64,000 bases of DNA, taken from assembly GCA_963662545.2 (NCBI GenBank), contig CAXXLL010000003.1:1824001-1888000 (forward strand), written 5' to 3'. This DNA is from Gammaproteobacteria bacterium (GTDB lineage: Bacteria > Pseudomonadota > Gammaproteobacteria > Ga0077536). Below are positions 9,070 to 19,491 of the stretch, piece by piece (position 1 is the first letter of the stretch; each line of letters opens with the position of its first letter). A program made the translations under genes and the position numbers. The notes beneath the pieces are model-generated. The model saw only the letters and a program-made list of their open reading frames with translations, searched no databases and was not told the origin of the DNA.

Positions 9070-9588
9070 ATGAACAGACGGATGTATTTCGTCCTTCCCG
9101 ATGTCGAAACAGCCCAACAGGTCGAACACGATCTGCTGTTGGCACGCATCGAAGAACGGCGCATGCACTTCCTTGGGCGGCGCGGCACAGATCTCAAGGA
9201 TCTCCCTGAAGCCAGTAATGCGCAGAAGTCGGATCTGCGGCATGGGATGTACGTCGGGCTCGTTGCTGGCGTTGTGACGGGTGCGATCTTGGGAGCTGGA
9301 CTCTACGTATACCCGGACCTCATCGGAATTCCGGTCAATCCGGGCGCAATTCTGCTGCTCGCGGCGTTCGGCGCCGTGCTGGGTGTATTCGTTTCCGGAC
9401 CACTCATAGGTTCGAGTACACCGAACGTCCATCTCAAGGAATTCGATAAGGATTTCGAACAGGGTCGGATCGTTCTGATCCTCGATATTCCAAAGGACCG
9501 GGTCGATGAGATTCGTACGCTGATCAAAGGGCATTTCCCGGCCGCCGAGGACCACGGCGTGGAGCCGACGATGCCGGCCTTTCCTTAG
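9070..9588 (+). CDS. DUF1269-like membrane protein
   Basis: RRMYFVLPD, DLPEA, Gly-rich TM hairpin, C-terminal PTMPAFP. Confidence 0.7.
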   Translation: MNRRMYFVLPDVETAQQVEHDLLLARIEERRMHFLGRRGTDLKDLPEASNAQKSDLRHGMYVGLVAGVVTGAILGAGLYVYPDLIGIPVNPGAILLLAAFGAVLGVFVSGPLIGSSTPNVHLKEFDKDFEQGRIVLILDIPKDRVDEIRTLIKGHFPAAEDHGVEPTMPAFP

Positions 9589-9931
9589 TCCGGCACGCGC
9601 ACCTGCTTGGAGACGAAAGGCTCAAGTCTTCGCTCATTCCATGATTAAAGCGCACCTTCGAGATCGCCGGTTACACGCGACTGCGCGATGCCTTTAGTGA
9701 TGGAGTCACCCTCGCTCTTTCGGCGGGTCAGTTCATCGGTCAGAAGATCCGCAGCAAGATCAGCCGGGCCAGTACGCTCACCAGGAATCCCCAGTCTGGC
9801 GGGTGCAAGCTCACGTGCTCTCGCCGGCTGGGCGGGGAACTGAACGACCCTCGACTATAAGTCGATTGGTTCGATAAGGTCGAATAAATTCAACTGGTTC
9901 AACCTAAGTCCGACGGGCTGCTAAGGATGGG

Positions 9932-10567
9932 TTAAACGCCGTATTCAGCAAGATAGGCTTCTACGGCAGCCACTTCCCGCTCGTATTCCCTTTTTTCGCG
10001 CAGATAGTCCAACACGGTGCAGAGCGCGACGATACTACCGACCGGAATGCCATGCTCGCGTTCGACCTGCTGCGCGGCGGACAGTGCGCCGCTGCCTCGC
10101 TCTTCGCGATCCAGCGCGATCACCACGCCCGCCGGACGCGCACCCGCGCGCTCGATGACACCCATGGAGTAGTTAATGGAGGTCCCCGCTGAATCGTCGA
10201 CGATCAGAATGCGTCCGACCAGGGGCGCGCCCAGCGTCTCGCCGCCCTCGCCGTGATCTTTCCGCTCCTTGCGGTTGAAACAGAACGGTAGGTCGCGGCC
10301 AAGGTCGCGATAGAAGGCTATTGCGATGGCCGCTCCGAGCGGGATGCCCTTGTACGCCGGCCCGAACAACACGTCGAACTCGATGCCGCCCGCAGCGATC
10401 GCCGCGGCATAGTATGCGCCGAGCCGGCTCAGGGCCGCGCCGGAATCGAACGCGCCGGTATTGAAAAAGTACGGACTGACGCGTCCCGATTTGAGCGTGA
10501 ACTTCCCGAAACGGAGCGCGCCTTCGGCGATAGCGAACCGTATAAACTCGCGCTGGTAGCCTTCCAT
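9932..10567 (-). CDS. pyrE: Orotate phosphoribosyltransferase (PRPP motif short by two residues)
   Basis: [36 protein letters not shown]; PRPP loop reads IVDDSAGTS. Confidence 0.92.
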   Translation of the reverse strand: MEGYQREFIRFAIAEGALRFGKFTLKSGRVSPYFFNTGAFDSGAALSRLGAYYAAAIAAGGIEFDVLFGPAYKGIPLGAAIAIAFYRDLGRDLPFCFNRKERKDHGEGGETLGAPLVGRILIVDDSAGTSINYSMGVIERAGARPAGVVIALDREERGSGALSAAQQVEREHGIPVGSIVALCTVLDYLREKREYEREVAAVEAYLAEYGV

Positions 10568-10674
10568 TCCTATGTTCCGCAGCGATATGGTTCCTCGTTC
10601 CGTGGGGTATGATACGCGCCGTCACTCCCCATGGCACTGGAACCCGGTCCTGCAACACCGTCTGCCGGAGATTT

Positions 10675-11457
10675 ATGCGAGTCATATCAATCAACATGAA
10701 CGGTATCCGCTCGGCGCATGCCAAGGGATTTTACCAATGGTTGTCGCGCCAGCGCGCCGATGTCGTCTGCGTGCAGGAAACGAAAGCGCAGGTCGAACAA
10801 CTAGTCGATGAGATTCGTTCGCCCGGGCGTTGGCATACCTACTTCGTCGACGCCGAGAAGAAAGGCTACAGCGGGGTCGCTTTGTTCACGCGGATCGAGC
10901 CCGACAAAATCGTCTGCGGGCTGGGGTGGGACGAATTCGACGCAGAAGGCCGCTACGTGCAAGCCGATTTCGGCGGGCTCTCGATCGCATCGGTCTACCT
11001 GCCGTCCGGATCGTCCGGCGATGAACGCCAGCAGATGAAGTTCCTCTTTCTCGACAAGTTCATGCCCTGGCTCAAGGAGCGGCGCAAAGAGAACCGCGAA
11101 TACATCCTGTGCGGTGACTGGAACATAGCCCACCGCAAGATCGATTTGAAGAACTGGCGATCGAATCAAAAGAATTCGGGATTCCTGCCCGAAGAGCGTG
11201 CGTGGATGGACGAACTCTTCAGCGAGGTCGGCTTCGTCGATGCATTCCGCGCGGTCAACCAGGATGCCGAACAATACACTTGGTGGTCGAATCGCGGTCG
11301 ATCCTGGGATAACAACGTCGGGTGGCGTCTCGACTACCAGGTGATCACGCCCGGGCTTGCGCCGATCGTCGAGAAGGCCGCTATTTACAAGCGCGCCCGT
11401 TTCTCGGACCACGCACCTCTCATTATGGATTACGCGTGCAAGATCACCGACTTCTGA
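10675..11457 (+). CDS. xth: Exodeoxyribonuclease III / AP endonuclease (Crc-like clade, catalytic residues intact)
   Basis: NMNGIRS, QETK, GYSGV, GDWNIAH, WRLDY, SDHAP; divergent from pyrE. Confidence 0.9.
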   Translation: MRVISINMNGIRSAHAKGFYQWLSRQRADVVCVQETKAQVEQLVDEIRSPGRWHTYFVDAEKKGYSGVALFTRIEPDKIVCGLGWDEFDAEGRYVQADFGGLSIASVYLPSGSSGDERQQMKFLFLDKFMPWLKERRKENREYILCGDWNIAHRKIDLKNWRSNQKNSGFLPEERAWMDELFSEVGFVDAFRAVNQDAEQYTWWSNRGRSWDNNVGWRLDYQVITPGLAPIVEKAAIYKRARFSDHAPLIMDYACKITDF

Positions 11458-11468
11458 ACGGAATTTAA

Positions 11469-11651
11469 TTCGCCCGCAAGCGGGCTTCTACGGATGTCGG
11501 GGATCGTTCTGTGGCTGCCATCCATGGCACGACCGCCCGGCTTCGTTCAATCCCAGCCCGGCCATCTGTGGCCGGGCGTTCGCCGGGGAAAGCCATGTTA
11601 AATGGCTTTTCCTTTTTCCGGCTCACCCATAGGAGCTCGCTTGCGACCGAA
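11469..11651. repeat. Composite REP-like palindromic element between convergent xth and metW
   Basis: TTCGCCCGCAAGCGGGCTTCTAC (11469-11491) and its inverted relative ATAGGAGCTCGCTTGCGACCGAA (11629-11651) flank the hairpins CCCGGCCA..TGGCCGGG and AAAGCCAT..ATGGCTTT. Confidence 0.6.
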
Positions 11652-11682
11652 CAAACCGATCCTTATTGATCCCACGCGGCGT

Positions 11683-12291
11683 TCAAGCCTTGCGCTTGAT
11701 CCGGTAGATTGCGATCTCGGCGAGCAGGTTCGGCAGCAAGCGCATCCCGATTACAGCGCGGTGCTGCGAATCGACGGCGGCGCGTTCCAGTATCTCGATG
11801 TGTTCGGCCTCGCACAGTTCATCGAAATCCTTGACGGTGCACATATGAATATTGGGCGTGTCATACCAGGTATTCGGTAGATACCGCGTGACCGGCATCC
11901 TACCCAGCATGAACTGCGCGCGGCACTTCCAATGGCCCATGTTCGGGAAAGTCACGATCCCTTCGCGGCCGATACGCAGGATCTCGTCGATCAACAGGTG
12001 CGGAAACCGCATCGCTTGAACCGTCTGCGTCATGATGACGTAATCGAAAGAGTCCTCGTCGAAATCAGACAGACCTTCATCCAGATTCGAGTGGATGACG
12101 TTCACCCCACGCTCGATACAGGCGACGATGTTGTCGGGATCGATCTCGATACCGTAGCCCGTAACGTGCTTGCTGGCGTGCAATTCCGCAAGCAGCGCGC
12201 CGTCGCCGCAACCCAGATCGAGCACACGGCTGCCCTCGGCGATCCAGTCCGCAATCAGGATCTGCTCGGCGCTCAGTGATTCGATGTTCAA
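11683..12291 (-). CDS. metW: Methionine biosynthesis protein MetW
   Basis: [17 protein letters not shown]; directly downstream of metX. Confidence 0.92.
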   Translation of the reverse strand: MNIESLSAEQILIADWIAEGSRVLDLGCGDGALLAELHASKHVTGYGIEIDPDNIVACIERGVNVIHSNLDEGLSDFDEDSFDYVIMTQTVQAMRFPHLLIDEILRIGREGIVTFPNMGHWKCRAQFMLGRMPVTRYLPNTWYDTPNIHMCTVKDFDELCEAEHIEILERAAVDSQHRAVIGMRLLPNLLAEIAIYRIKRKA

Positions 12292-13430
12292 GGGCCGGTC
12301 TCAACGCGCGCGAAATACGCGCGCAACAGCTTGTGATACTGCGGGATGGGCAGCAGAAAGGAATCGTGCCCCAGTTCCGACGCGACGTCGACATAACTCA
12401 CGTCGTGATCGCCATCGAGCAGTGCCCGTACAACGGTCCGCGAGCGTGCGGGCGAAAAGCGCCAGTCGCTACTGAACGAAATCACCAGAAATTTTGATTT
12501 GCAGTTCGCAACCGCCGCGGTGAGGCTGTCGCCGTAAGCCTGTGCAGGATCGAAGTAATCGAGCGATTTGGTCATCAGCAGATAGGTATTCGCATCGAAG
12601 CGGCCGACGAAGGATTCGCCCTGGTACCTAAGGTAACTCTCGATTTCAAAATCGATGCCAAATCCGAAATTGATCTTTCCGCCATGCAGTTCGCGACCGA
12701 ATTTCGTATGCAGCACATCGTCGGACAGATAGGTTATGTGGCCGACCATGCGCGCCAGCATCAACCCACGTTCGGGAATGACGTTGTGCTCGTAATAATG
12801 ACCGTCGTGGAAATCCGGATCCGAGCGAATCGCGTGGCGAGCGATTTCGTTGAAAGCGATGTTTTGCGTCGAGAGCTTCGGCGCCGCTGCAATCAGGAGG
12901 GCGTGACGGATCCGCTCGGGATATTGGATGGCCCATTGGAGCGCCTGCATGCCGCCCAGGCTGCCGCCCATCACGGCCGCCCACTGTTCAATCCCAAGGT
13001 TGTCCGCCAGGCGCGACTGACTTTCTACCCAATCGCGCACGGTCACGATCGGAAAGTCGGGACCGTAAGGTTTCCCGGTATCGGCGCGGATCGACAAGGG
13101 ACCGGTGGAACCCCCGCAACCGCCCAGGTTGTTCGGACAAACAACGAAAAAGCGATCGGTATCGAGCGGCTTCCCAGGGCCTATGCAGTTGTCCCACCAG
13201 CCGGATTTCTGATCGCTTGAGTCGTGATAACCGGCCGCGTGGTGATCGCCGCTGAGCGCGTGGCAGATCAATACGGCATTGTCGCGTGCCGTGTTGAGTT
13301 CGCCGTAGGTCTCATAGCAGAGTTCATAACGGTCGAGCAAAGCGCCGCTGTCCAACGTGAGCGGCGCATCGAAGTGCTGGGTCTTGGGAGACACCAGGCC
13401 GACGCTGTCGGCAGGTATCGTCTGGGGCAT
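12288..13430 (-). CDS. metX: Homoserine O-acyltransferase
   Basis: [17 protein letters not shown] nucleophile motif, GHDSFL. Confidence 0.93.
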   Translation of the reverse strand: MPQTIPADSVGLVSPKTQHFDAPLTLDSGALLDRYELCYETYGELNTARDNAVLICHALSGDHHAAGYHDSSDQKSGWWDNCIGPGKPLDTDRFFVVCPNNLGGCGGSTGPLSIRADTGKPYGPDFPIVTVRDWVESQSRLADNLGIEQWAAVMGGSLGGMQALQWAIQYPERIRHALLIAAAPKLSTQNIAFNEIARHAIRSDPDFHDGHYYEHNVIPERGLMLARMVGHITYLSDDVLHTKFGRELHGGKINFGFGIDFEIESYLRYQGESFVGRFDANTYLLMTKSLDYFDPAQAYGDSLTAAVANCKSKFLVISFSSDWRFSPARSRTVVRALLDGDHDVSYVDVASELGHDSFLLPIPQYHKLLRAYFARVETGP

Positions 13431-13590
13431 GGGTCGCGTGGCCTGTTGCTTTTAGCAGGATGTCGAACAACGATATCCCGTCGTTTTCCAGTAGCCTGTT
13501 AGGGTTGGTTTGTGTTCGAGTCTAATAACTGCGAGCGCAGCTCGCAACGCCGGCCAGCCCGTGCGACGGATCGTTTTTCGCACGCGACGC

Positions 13591-14169
13591 TCAGAGCAGG
13601 CTGTAACCGAGGTCGCGAATCGGTGCTACGCCGATAATCAGTATGAGATTCAACCCGAGGATAACGATCAGCGGCGAGAGATCCAGACCACCCAACGGCG
13701 GGATCACACTGCGCACAGGCCGCAGCAGTGGGTCAGTCAGCGAATAGATGATCGAGATAACAGGATTGTAGGCGCCCGCCGCGACCCAGCTCAGGATCAC
13801 CTGGATGATGATGGCCCCAATGAAGGTCCACACCGTTTTGCTCAGAAGCTCGGCCAGGGCGACGACGATGAGGCCGGGCACTGCCGGGTCCGCGCCCACG
13901 ACGATAGCGACGAGCCAGGTGTTGAGCATTTGCAGCACGAATAAAAGGATGATCGACGAGGTATCCAGCCCGCCGAGGGCGGGGATGTATCGACGCATGG
14001 GCCGCAGCGGCGGGTTAGTCACCGTGACGATGGCCTCGCACAAGGGGTTGTAGAAATCGGCGCGCACCAGCTGAAATAAGAATCTCAGCAGGACGGCGAG
14101 GATGTAGAGCCCGAACACGGCGTTGATCAAAAAAACGCCGGCGTTGGAAAAATAAGCCCCGCCGCCCAT
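13591..14169 (-). CDS. yggT: YggT family membrane protein
   Basis: RADFYNP, two YGGT repeats, GGLDLSP. Confidence 0.9.
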   Translation of the reverse strand: MGGGAYFSNAGVFLINAVFGLYILAVLLRFLFQLVRADFYNPLCEAIVTVTNPPLRPMRRYIPALGGLDTSSIILLFVLQMLNTWLVAIVVGADPAVPGLIVVALAELLSKTVWTFIGAIIIQVILSWVAAGAYNPVISIIYSLTDPLLRPVRSVIPPLGGLDLSPLIVILGLNLILIIGVAPIRDLGYSLL

Positions 14170-14987
14170 CAGGTATCCATCGACCGGGCAAGTTCGACTG
14201 AACGGTCGCGCGCCGCGCGCAGGGCGTCCGCAACGACACTATCGAGTCCTGCCGCTGCAAAGGCCTTAAGCGCGTGTTCAGTCGTACCGCCCGGGGAGGT
14301 GACCTGCTGGCGCAGCGTCGCCGGATCGAGATCAGATTCACGTGCCAGGAGCGCGGCGCCATACGCGGTTTGGATCGCAAGGCGCCGTGCGATCTCTGTG
14401 GGCAATCCCAGTCCGGCAGCGGCGCGTTCGAGCAGTTCAAGGAGGAGGAAAAAATAAGCCGGGCCGCTGCCCGATAGGGCAGTTACCGCATCCATTAATT
14501 CTTCGTCGTCCAACCACACCGCGATGCCGACGGCTTCCAGCAACCCGTCCGCGAGCCTTTGTTGCTCCGCAGATACGTTCGCGTTGGCGAACAGCGCAGC
14601 CGCGCCTGCGCCGACGAGCGCGGGCGTGTTCGGCATACAGCGCACGATGGCGCGGTCGTCGCCCAGCCATGCACTGAGGTGGCCGACCGTGACGCCGGCC
14701 GCGATGGAAAGATAGAGCGGCCGGCTGTCGCTATGGGCGGCCAGATTGAGCGCGACCTCGCGGATCTGCTGCGGCTTGACGGCAAGGACGACGACATCGG
14801 CGCCGCGCGCGGCGTCGCCGTTTTGCTCGAAGACTTTGATTCCGATTTCCCGAGCGCAGCGATCCCTGCTGTCGGTGACCGGATCGGCCGCCCGTATTTG
14901 CGAAGCCGAATGACCACCGGTGATCAAGCCGCTCATGAGCGCGCGGCCCATATTACCGGCGCCAATGAAGGCGTAGGAAGGTTTCAT
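14169..14987 (-). CDS. proC: Pyrroline-5-carboxylate reductase
   Basis: FIGAGNMG, LAVKPQ, RCMPNTP, SGSGPAY, VTSPGGTT. Confidence 0.95.
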   Translation of the reverse strand: MKPSYAFIGAGNMGRALMSGLITGGHSASQIRAADPVTDSRDRCAREIGIKVFEQNGDAARGADVVVLAVKPQQIREVALNLAAHSDSRPLYLSIAAGVTVGHLSAWLGDDRAIVRCMPNTPALVGAGAAALFANANVSAEQQRLADGLLEAVGIAVWLDDEELMDAVTALSGSGPAYFFLLLELLERAAAGLGLPTEIARRLAIQTAYGAALLARESDLDPATLRQQVTSPGGTTEHALKAFAAAGLDSVVADALRAARDRSVELARSMDT

Positions 14988-15028
14988 CTAAAATGGGATC
15001 CTGATTGCGCGAAGTTTATCACGCCGCT

Positions 15029-15703
15029 TCAAGCGCGCGGACCGAACACCGCCGTTCCGATCCGAACCATGGTCGACCCTTCGGCGATGGCTGCTTCGAA
15101 GTCACCCGAGGTGCCGATCGACAGGGTATCGAACGACACCGTGCTCTCCGCAGCAAGCTTGGCCAGCTGCGCGAATGCCCGGCGCTGACGCTCGAATACG
15201 GTTTCAGGTGCCGGCAGCGCCATCAGGCCGCGAAGTTTGAGCCGCGGCAATTCGACGACGGCTTCGATCAACGCTGGCAATGCGCTCGGGGCGATCCCGC
15301 TCTTGGTTTTTTCACCACTCGTGTTGACCTGTAAGCACACGTTCAGGGGTGGGCGGCCGGCCGGACGCTGCTCACTCAAGCGGCGCGCAAGCTTCTCTCG
15401 GTCGACGGTATGGACCCAGTCGAACAGGGCAGCGATCTCGGCTGTTTTATTGCTCTGGACGGTGCCGATGAAATGCCAAACAGCGGTGGGTTCGGCCAGC
15501 GCCTCGATTTTGGTTTTCGCCTCTTTGAGGTAATTTTCGCCGAAGGCGCGCTGCCCCGCGGATAATGCTTCGCGGACAGCCTCGGCGGGCTGGTGTTTAC
15601 TGACCACCATGAGTGCCACGCTGCCGGGGTCTCGCCCGTAGCGCGATTCGCAAGCACGGATGGTCTCGTCGACGCGTTCCAGGCGTTCGCGGACCTCACT
15701 CAT
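15029..15703 (-). CDS. yggS: PLP homeostasis protein YggS
   Basis: VSK, FGENY, WHFIG, QSNK, GSTMVRIGTAVFG. Confidence 0.93.
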   Translation of the reverse strand: MSEVRERLERVDETIRACESRYGRDPGSVALMVVSKHQPAEAVREALSAGQRAFGENYLKEAKTKIEALAEPTAVWHFIGTVQSNKTAEIAALFDWVHTVDREKLARRLSEQRPAGRPPLNVCLQVNTSGEKTKSGIAPSALPALIEAVVELPRLKLRGLMALPAPETVFERQRRAFAQLAKLAAESTVSFDTLSIGTSGDFEAAIAEGSTMVRIGTAVFGPRA

Positions 15704-15827
15704 TGCGATACTGCGAGCGCACGGAAGCTGTCATAATTCATGGCATGTAAAGGCGTATCTTGGTAAAGTTTCAGGCGGCATTGGCGGTTACTGCCGTCAA
15801 GATTTCAACCCGCTTCGAGGATAGCCT

Positions 15828-16862
15828 ATGGACATCGGTGAGCTACTCGCGTTCGGCGTGAAAAACGGCGCTTCCGACTTGCACCTCTCCGCTGGCCTGC
15901 CACCCATGATACGCGTGGACGGCGACGTCCGGCGCATCAACGTCCCAGCGATGGATCACACCGAGGTTCATGATCTCGTCTACGACATCATGAACGACAA
16001 GCAGCAGAAGGATTTCGAGGAGTTCCTCGAGTGCGACTTCTCTTTCGAGATCCCCGGGCTCGCACGCTTCCGCGTCAACGCCTTTAACCAGAATCGCGGC
16101 GCCGGCGCCGTGTTCCGGACCATCCCGTCTGAGATCCTGACCCTCGAGGATCTCAAGGCCCCCGATATCTTCAAGGAGATTTCCGACTATCCGCGCGGCG
16201 TCGTCCTCGTGACCGGCCCCACGGGCTCCGGCAAGTCCACCACGCTGGCCGCGATGGTGAATCACAAAAATGAAACGGAATACGGTCATATCCTGACGAT
16301 CGAGGACCCCATCGAATTCGTGCACCAGAGCAAGAAGTGCCTGATCAATCAGCGCGAGGTGCATCGCGACACGCTGGGGTTCAATGAAGCGCTGCGATCG
16401 GCGTTGCGTGAAGATCCCGACACCATACTGGTCGGCGAGATGCGCGATCTCGAAACGATCCGCCTCGCACTGTCCGCTGCCGAGACGGGCCACCTCGTCT
16501 TCGGTACGCTGCACACGAGTTCCGCCGCCAAGACCATCGACCGCGTGGTCGACGTGTTCCCGGCGGCGGAAAAGGACATGGTGCGGGCGATGATGTCCGA
16601 GTCCCTGCGCGCGGTCATTTCGCAGACCCTGATGAAGAAACAGGGCGGCGGCCGCGTTGCCGCGCATGAGATCATGATCGGCACGCCGGCCATTCGAAAT
16701 CTCATTCGTGAAAACAAGATTGCGCAGATGTTTTCCGCAATCCAGACCGGTCATCAGTTCGGCATGCAGACGCTGGATCAGGACCTGAAGAAGCTCGTTG
16801 AGAAAAATGTGGTAACGCGCCAGGAAGCGCGCCTGAAAGCGGCCAACAAGGACGCCTTTTAG
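15828..16862 (+). CDS. pilT: Type IV pilus retraction ATPase PilT
   Basis: GPTGSGKST, LREDPD, AIRNLIRE signature. Confidence 0.96.
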   Translation: MDIGELLAFGVKNGASDLHLSAGLPPMIRVDGDVRRINVPAMDHTEVHDLVYDIMNDKQQKDFEEFLECDFSFEIPGLARFRVNAFNQNRGAGAVFRTIPSEILTLEDLKAPDIFKEISDYPRGVVLVTGPTGSGKSTTLAAMVNHKNETEYGHILTIEDPIEFVHQSKKCLINQREVHRDTLGFNEALRSALREDPDTILVGEMRDLETIRLALSAAETGHLVFGTLHTSSAAKTIDRVVDVFPAAEKDMVRAMMSESLRAVISQTLMKKQGGGRVAAHEIMIGTPAIRNLIRENKIAQMFSAIQTGHQFGMQTLDQDLKKLVEKNVVTRQEARLKAANKDAF

Positions 16863-16944
16863 TCAAGCCCAGGCGCGGCAATCAAGGTGTACAAGCGCGA
16901 GGCCGGTAAATCCGAGCCATCGCGTGTAATTCCGGAGGTTTGAG

Positions 16945-18111
16945 ATGGAACGAGAGCAAGCGATTAAATACATGCGCGACTTGCTGACCCTGTTGGTCGA
17001 AAAGAAGGCGTCGGACTTGTTCATCACTTTGGACTTCCCGCCCGCGATCAAGGTCGACGGTAAGATCTCGCCGGTGTCGAAGACTAAACTCACCGAAGAA
17101 AACACCAAAGCCCTGGCCTACGCGATCATGAACGATCGCCAGATCAAGGAATTCGAGGCGACCAAGGAGTGTAATTTCGCGATTGCGCCAACCGGCATCG
17201 GGCGTTTCCGATGCAACGCTTTCATTCAACAGAGCGCCAGTGGATTGGTTCTGAGAACCATCGAAACCGAGGTGCCCAATCTCGACAAGCTAGGCCTGCC
17301 CGAGGTGATGAAGGAAATCATCATGACCAAGCGCGGCCTGGTCATCATGGTCGGCGGCACGGGCTCGGGCAAGTCGACGTCGCTGGCGGCGATGATCGAT
17401 CACCGCAACCAGAATTCCTACGGACATATCATCACCATTGAGGATCCGATCGAGTACGTCCACCCTCACAAGAACTGTATCATCATGCAGCGTGAAGTCG
17501 GCGTCGACACGGACGATTGGGGGATCGCGCTTAAGAACACCTTGCGCCAGGCTCCAGACGTGATCCTGCTTGGCGAGATCCGCGATCGCGAGACCATGGA
17601 GTTCGGTATCGCGTTCGCCGAGACCGGTCACCTCGCCGTTGCCACCCTGCATGCCAACAGCTCCAATCAGGCGCTGGACCGCATCATCAACTTCTTCCCG
17701 GAAGAACGCCGGATGCAACTACTGATGGATCTGTCGCTGAACCTCAAAGGCGTGATTTCGCAGCGCCTGTTGAAAAAAGTGAACAGCAAGGGCCGCGCAG
17801 CGGCCATCGAGATCCTGCTGAATTCACCGTTGATCGCCGACCTCATCCTCAAGGGCGAAGTACACGGTATCAAGGAAATCATGTCGAAATCGAACGAAAT
17901 GGGCATGAAGACTTTCGACCAGGCGCTGTTCGACCTGTATGAAGACGACCAGATTACTTTCGAAGATGCGCTGCGTAACGCCGACTCCATGAACGAGCTC
18001 AGGCTTAGGATCAAGCTCGAGGGCAAGGCCTCCAAGGGTAGGAATCCGCTGGAAGATGCCGGCGGCCTACAACTCGAAGAGTCGGAAGAAGAAAGCGGCA
18101 TGATGCGTTAG
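16945..18111 (+). CDS. pilU: Type IV pilus retraction ATPase PilU
   Basis: GGTGSGKST, LRQAPD, RIINFFPEERR, NADSMNELRL. Confidence 0.93.
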   Translation: MEREQAIKYMRDLLTLLVEKKASDLFITLDFPPAIKVDGKISPVSKTKLTEENTKALAYAIMNDRQIKEFEATKECNFAIAPTGIGRFRCNAFIQQSASGLVLRTIETEVPNLDKLGLPEVMKEIIMTKRGLVIMVGGTGSGKSTSLAAMIDHRNQNSYGHIITIEDPIEYVHPHKNCIIMQREVGVDTDDWGIALKNTLRQAPDVILLGEIRDRETMEFGIAFAETGHLAVATLHANSSNQALDRIINFFPEERRMQLLMDLSLNLKGVISQRLLKKVNSKGRAAAIEILLNSPLIADLILKGEVHGIKEIMSKSNEMGMKTFDQALFDLYEDDQITFEDALRNADSMNELRLRIKLEGKASKGRNPLEDAGGLQLEESEEESGMMR

Positions 18112-18181
18112 TGTGCCGTCCCGCAATGAACCTTCATGACGGGACAGCACACTAGTCGCCGCCTACTCATCAGGAATTGTC

Positions 18182-19240
18182 ATGGACATTACACCTTATC
18201 TGCACCTGCTGCGGGACAAAAACGGTTCGGATCTTTTCTTCACGGTCGGCGCGCCGGTGAAGATCAAAATCGAGGGCGCGATCAATTCGGTCGGCAAGAC
18301 CATGCTCACGGGTGAACTCGTGCAGGCAGCGGCCTACGGCATCATGAACGAGAAGCAGATCAACGGGTTCGAGGACACGATGGAATGCGATTTCGCGATC
18401 GCATTGGCGGACAAATCGGCGCGGTTTCGGGTCAATATATTTCGTCAGCGCGGTGAAGTAGCCATGGTGCTGCGGCGCATACCCGCCGAGATCCCGAATA
18501 TTGACGAGCTGGGTTTACCGGACATCCTGAAGGAACTCGTGATGCACAAGCGCGGCCTGATCCTCATGGTCGGCGCGACGGGCTCGGGCAAATCAACGAC
18601 CCTGGCCGCCATGATCAATGAGCGCAATAAGGAGATGACGGGACATATTTTGAGTATCGAGGATCCGGTCGAATTCTCCCACCCGAATCTCAAGTCGATC
18701 ATCAATCAGCGCGAAGTCGGCGTGGACACGCTGAACTACCGGAATGCGCTCAGGGCATCACTGCGCGAGGCGCCGGATGTCATCCTGATCGGCGAGATCC
18801 GCGATCGTGAAACCATGGAGGCCGCGCTCGAACTCTGCAATACCGGCCACCTCGCGATATCGACCCTCCACGCCAACAACGCCAACCAGGCAATGGAACG
18901 CGTGATCAACCTGTTTCCATCAGACCTGCACAAGCAGCTTTTCATGGATCTTTCGCTGAACCTGCGTGCGGTGGTCTCCCAACGCCTGGTCAAGGGCCTG
19001 GACGGCAAGCGCATCGCGGCGATCGAAATCCTCGTCAACTCGCCGCACATCGCCGACCTGATCCTCAAGGGCGAGATACACGAACTCAAGGAAGCGATGG
19101 AAGGCAGCGGTACGCGTGGCATGCAGACCTTCGACATGGCCCTGCACACCCTCTTCAAAGAAGAGCGCATCGAGCTGGAAGAGGCTCTCGGGAACGCCGA
19201 TTCGAGGACCAACCTCGAAGCGAAGATCAACTTCGGATAA
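18182..19240 (+). CDS. pilU: Second PilU-family ATPase
   Basis: GATGSGKST, LREAPD, HANNANQAMERVINLF; shorter paralog. Confidence 0.85.
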   Translation: MDITPYLHLLRDKNGSDLFFTVGAPVKIKIEGAINSVGKTMLTGELVQAAAYGIMNEKQINGFEDTMECDFAIALADKSARFRVNIFRQRGEVAMVLRRIPAEIPNIDELGLPDILKELVMHKRGLILMVGATGSGKSTTLAAMINERNKEMTGHILSIEDPVEFSHPNLKSIINQREVGVDTLNYRNALRASLREAPDVILIGEIRDRETMEAALELCNTGHLAISTLHANNANQAMERVINLFPSDLHKQLFMDLSLNLRAVVSQRLVKGLDGKRIAAIEILVNSPHIADLILKGEIHELKEAMEGSGTRGMQTFDMALHTLFKEERIELEEALGNADSRTNLEAKINFG

Positions 19241-19267
19241 GGCCGAAGATAGCCAATAACCACCTTA

Positions 19268-19344
19268 AATTAACGATCACTCCGAGTCAGACGGCTTGGA
19301 GCTCCGCATCGCTACGCGGTAAACCGCCGCTCAAGCAAGTCGTT
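19268..19344 (+). other. Degenerate attC-like recombination site; its core continues as GTTGGGC at 19492-19498 beyond the MITE
   Basis: AATTAAC...imperfect inverted arms (AACGA..GAG..G.CGG.TT), central CCGC-ATCGCTAC-GCGG hairpin, ends CCGCCGCTCAAGCAAGTCGTT. Removing the MITE restores GTTRRRY. Confidence 0.55.
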
Positions 19345-19491
19345 GAGACTGTAGAAAAAAGGCTATTGAATAATTCGACGAGAATTTCGACCTCGTCATT
19401 TGCGCTGGACGCGACGATCTCGAGTGGGGGCAATGGTTTTGAGACCCCGGATTTTACCGTTTTTCGAATCGTGGGACTTTTCTACACCCTC
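19345..19491. mobile_element. 147-bp MITE with 14-bp imperfect TIRs and GTT direct repeats
   Basis: Left GAGACTGTAGAAAA; right end reverse complement GAGGGTGTAGAAAA (12/14). GTT at 19342-19344 and 19492-19494. No coding capacity. Confidence 0.72.

Noticed and set aside
9589-9931. Intergenic stretch with small palindromes (TCGACTATAAGTCGA)
   Set aside because: No consistent RNA structure, ORF or repeat family could be supported.
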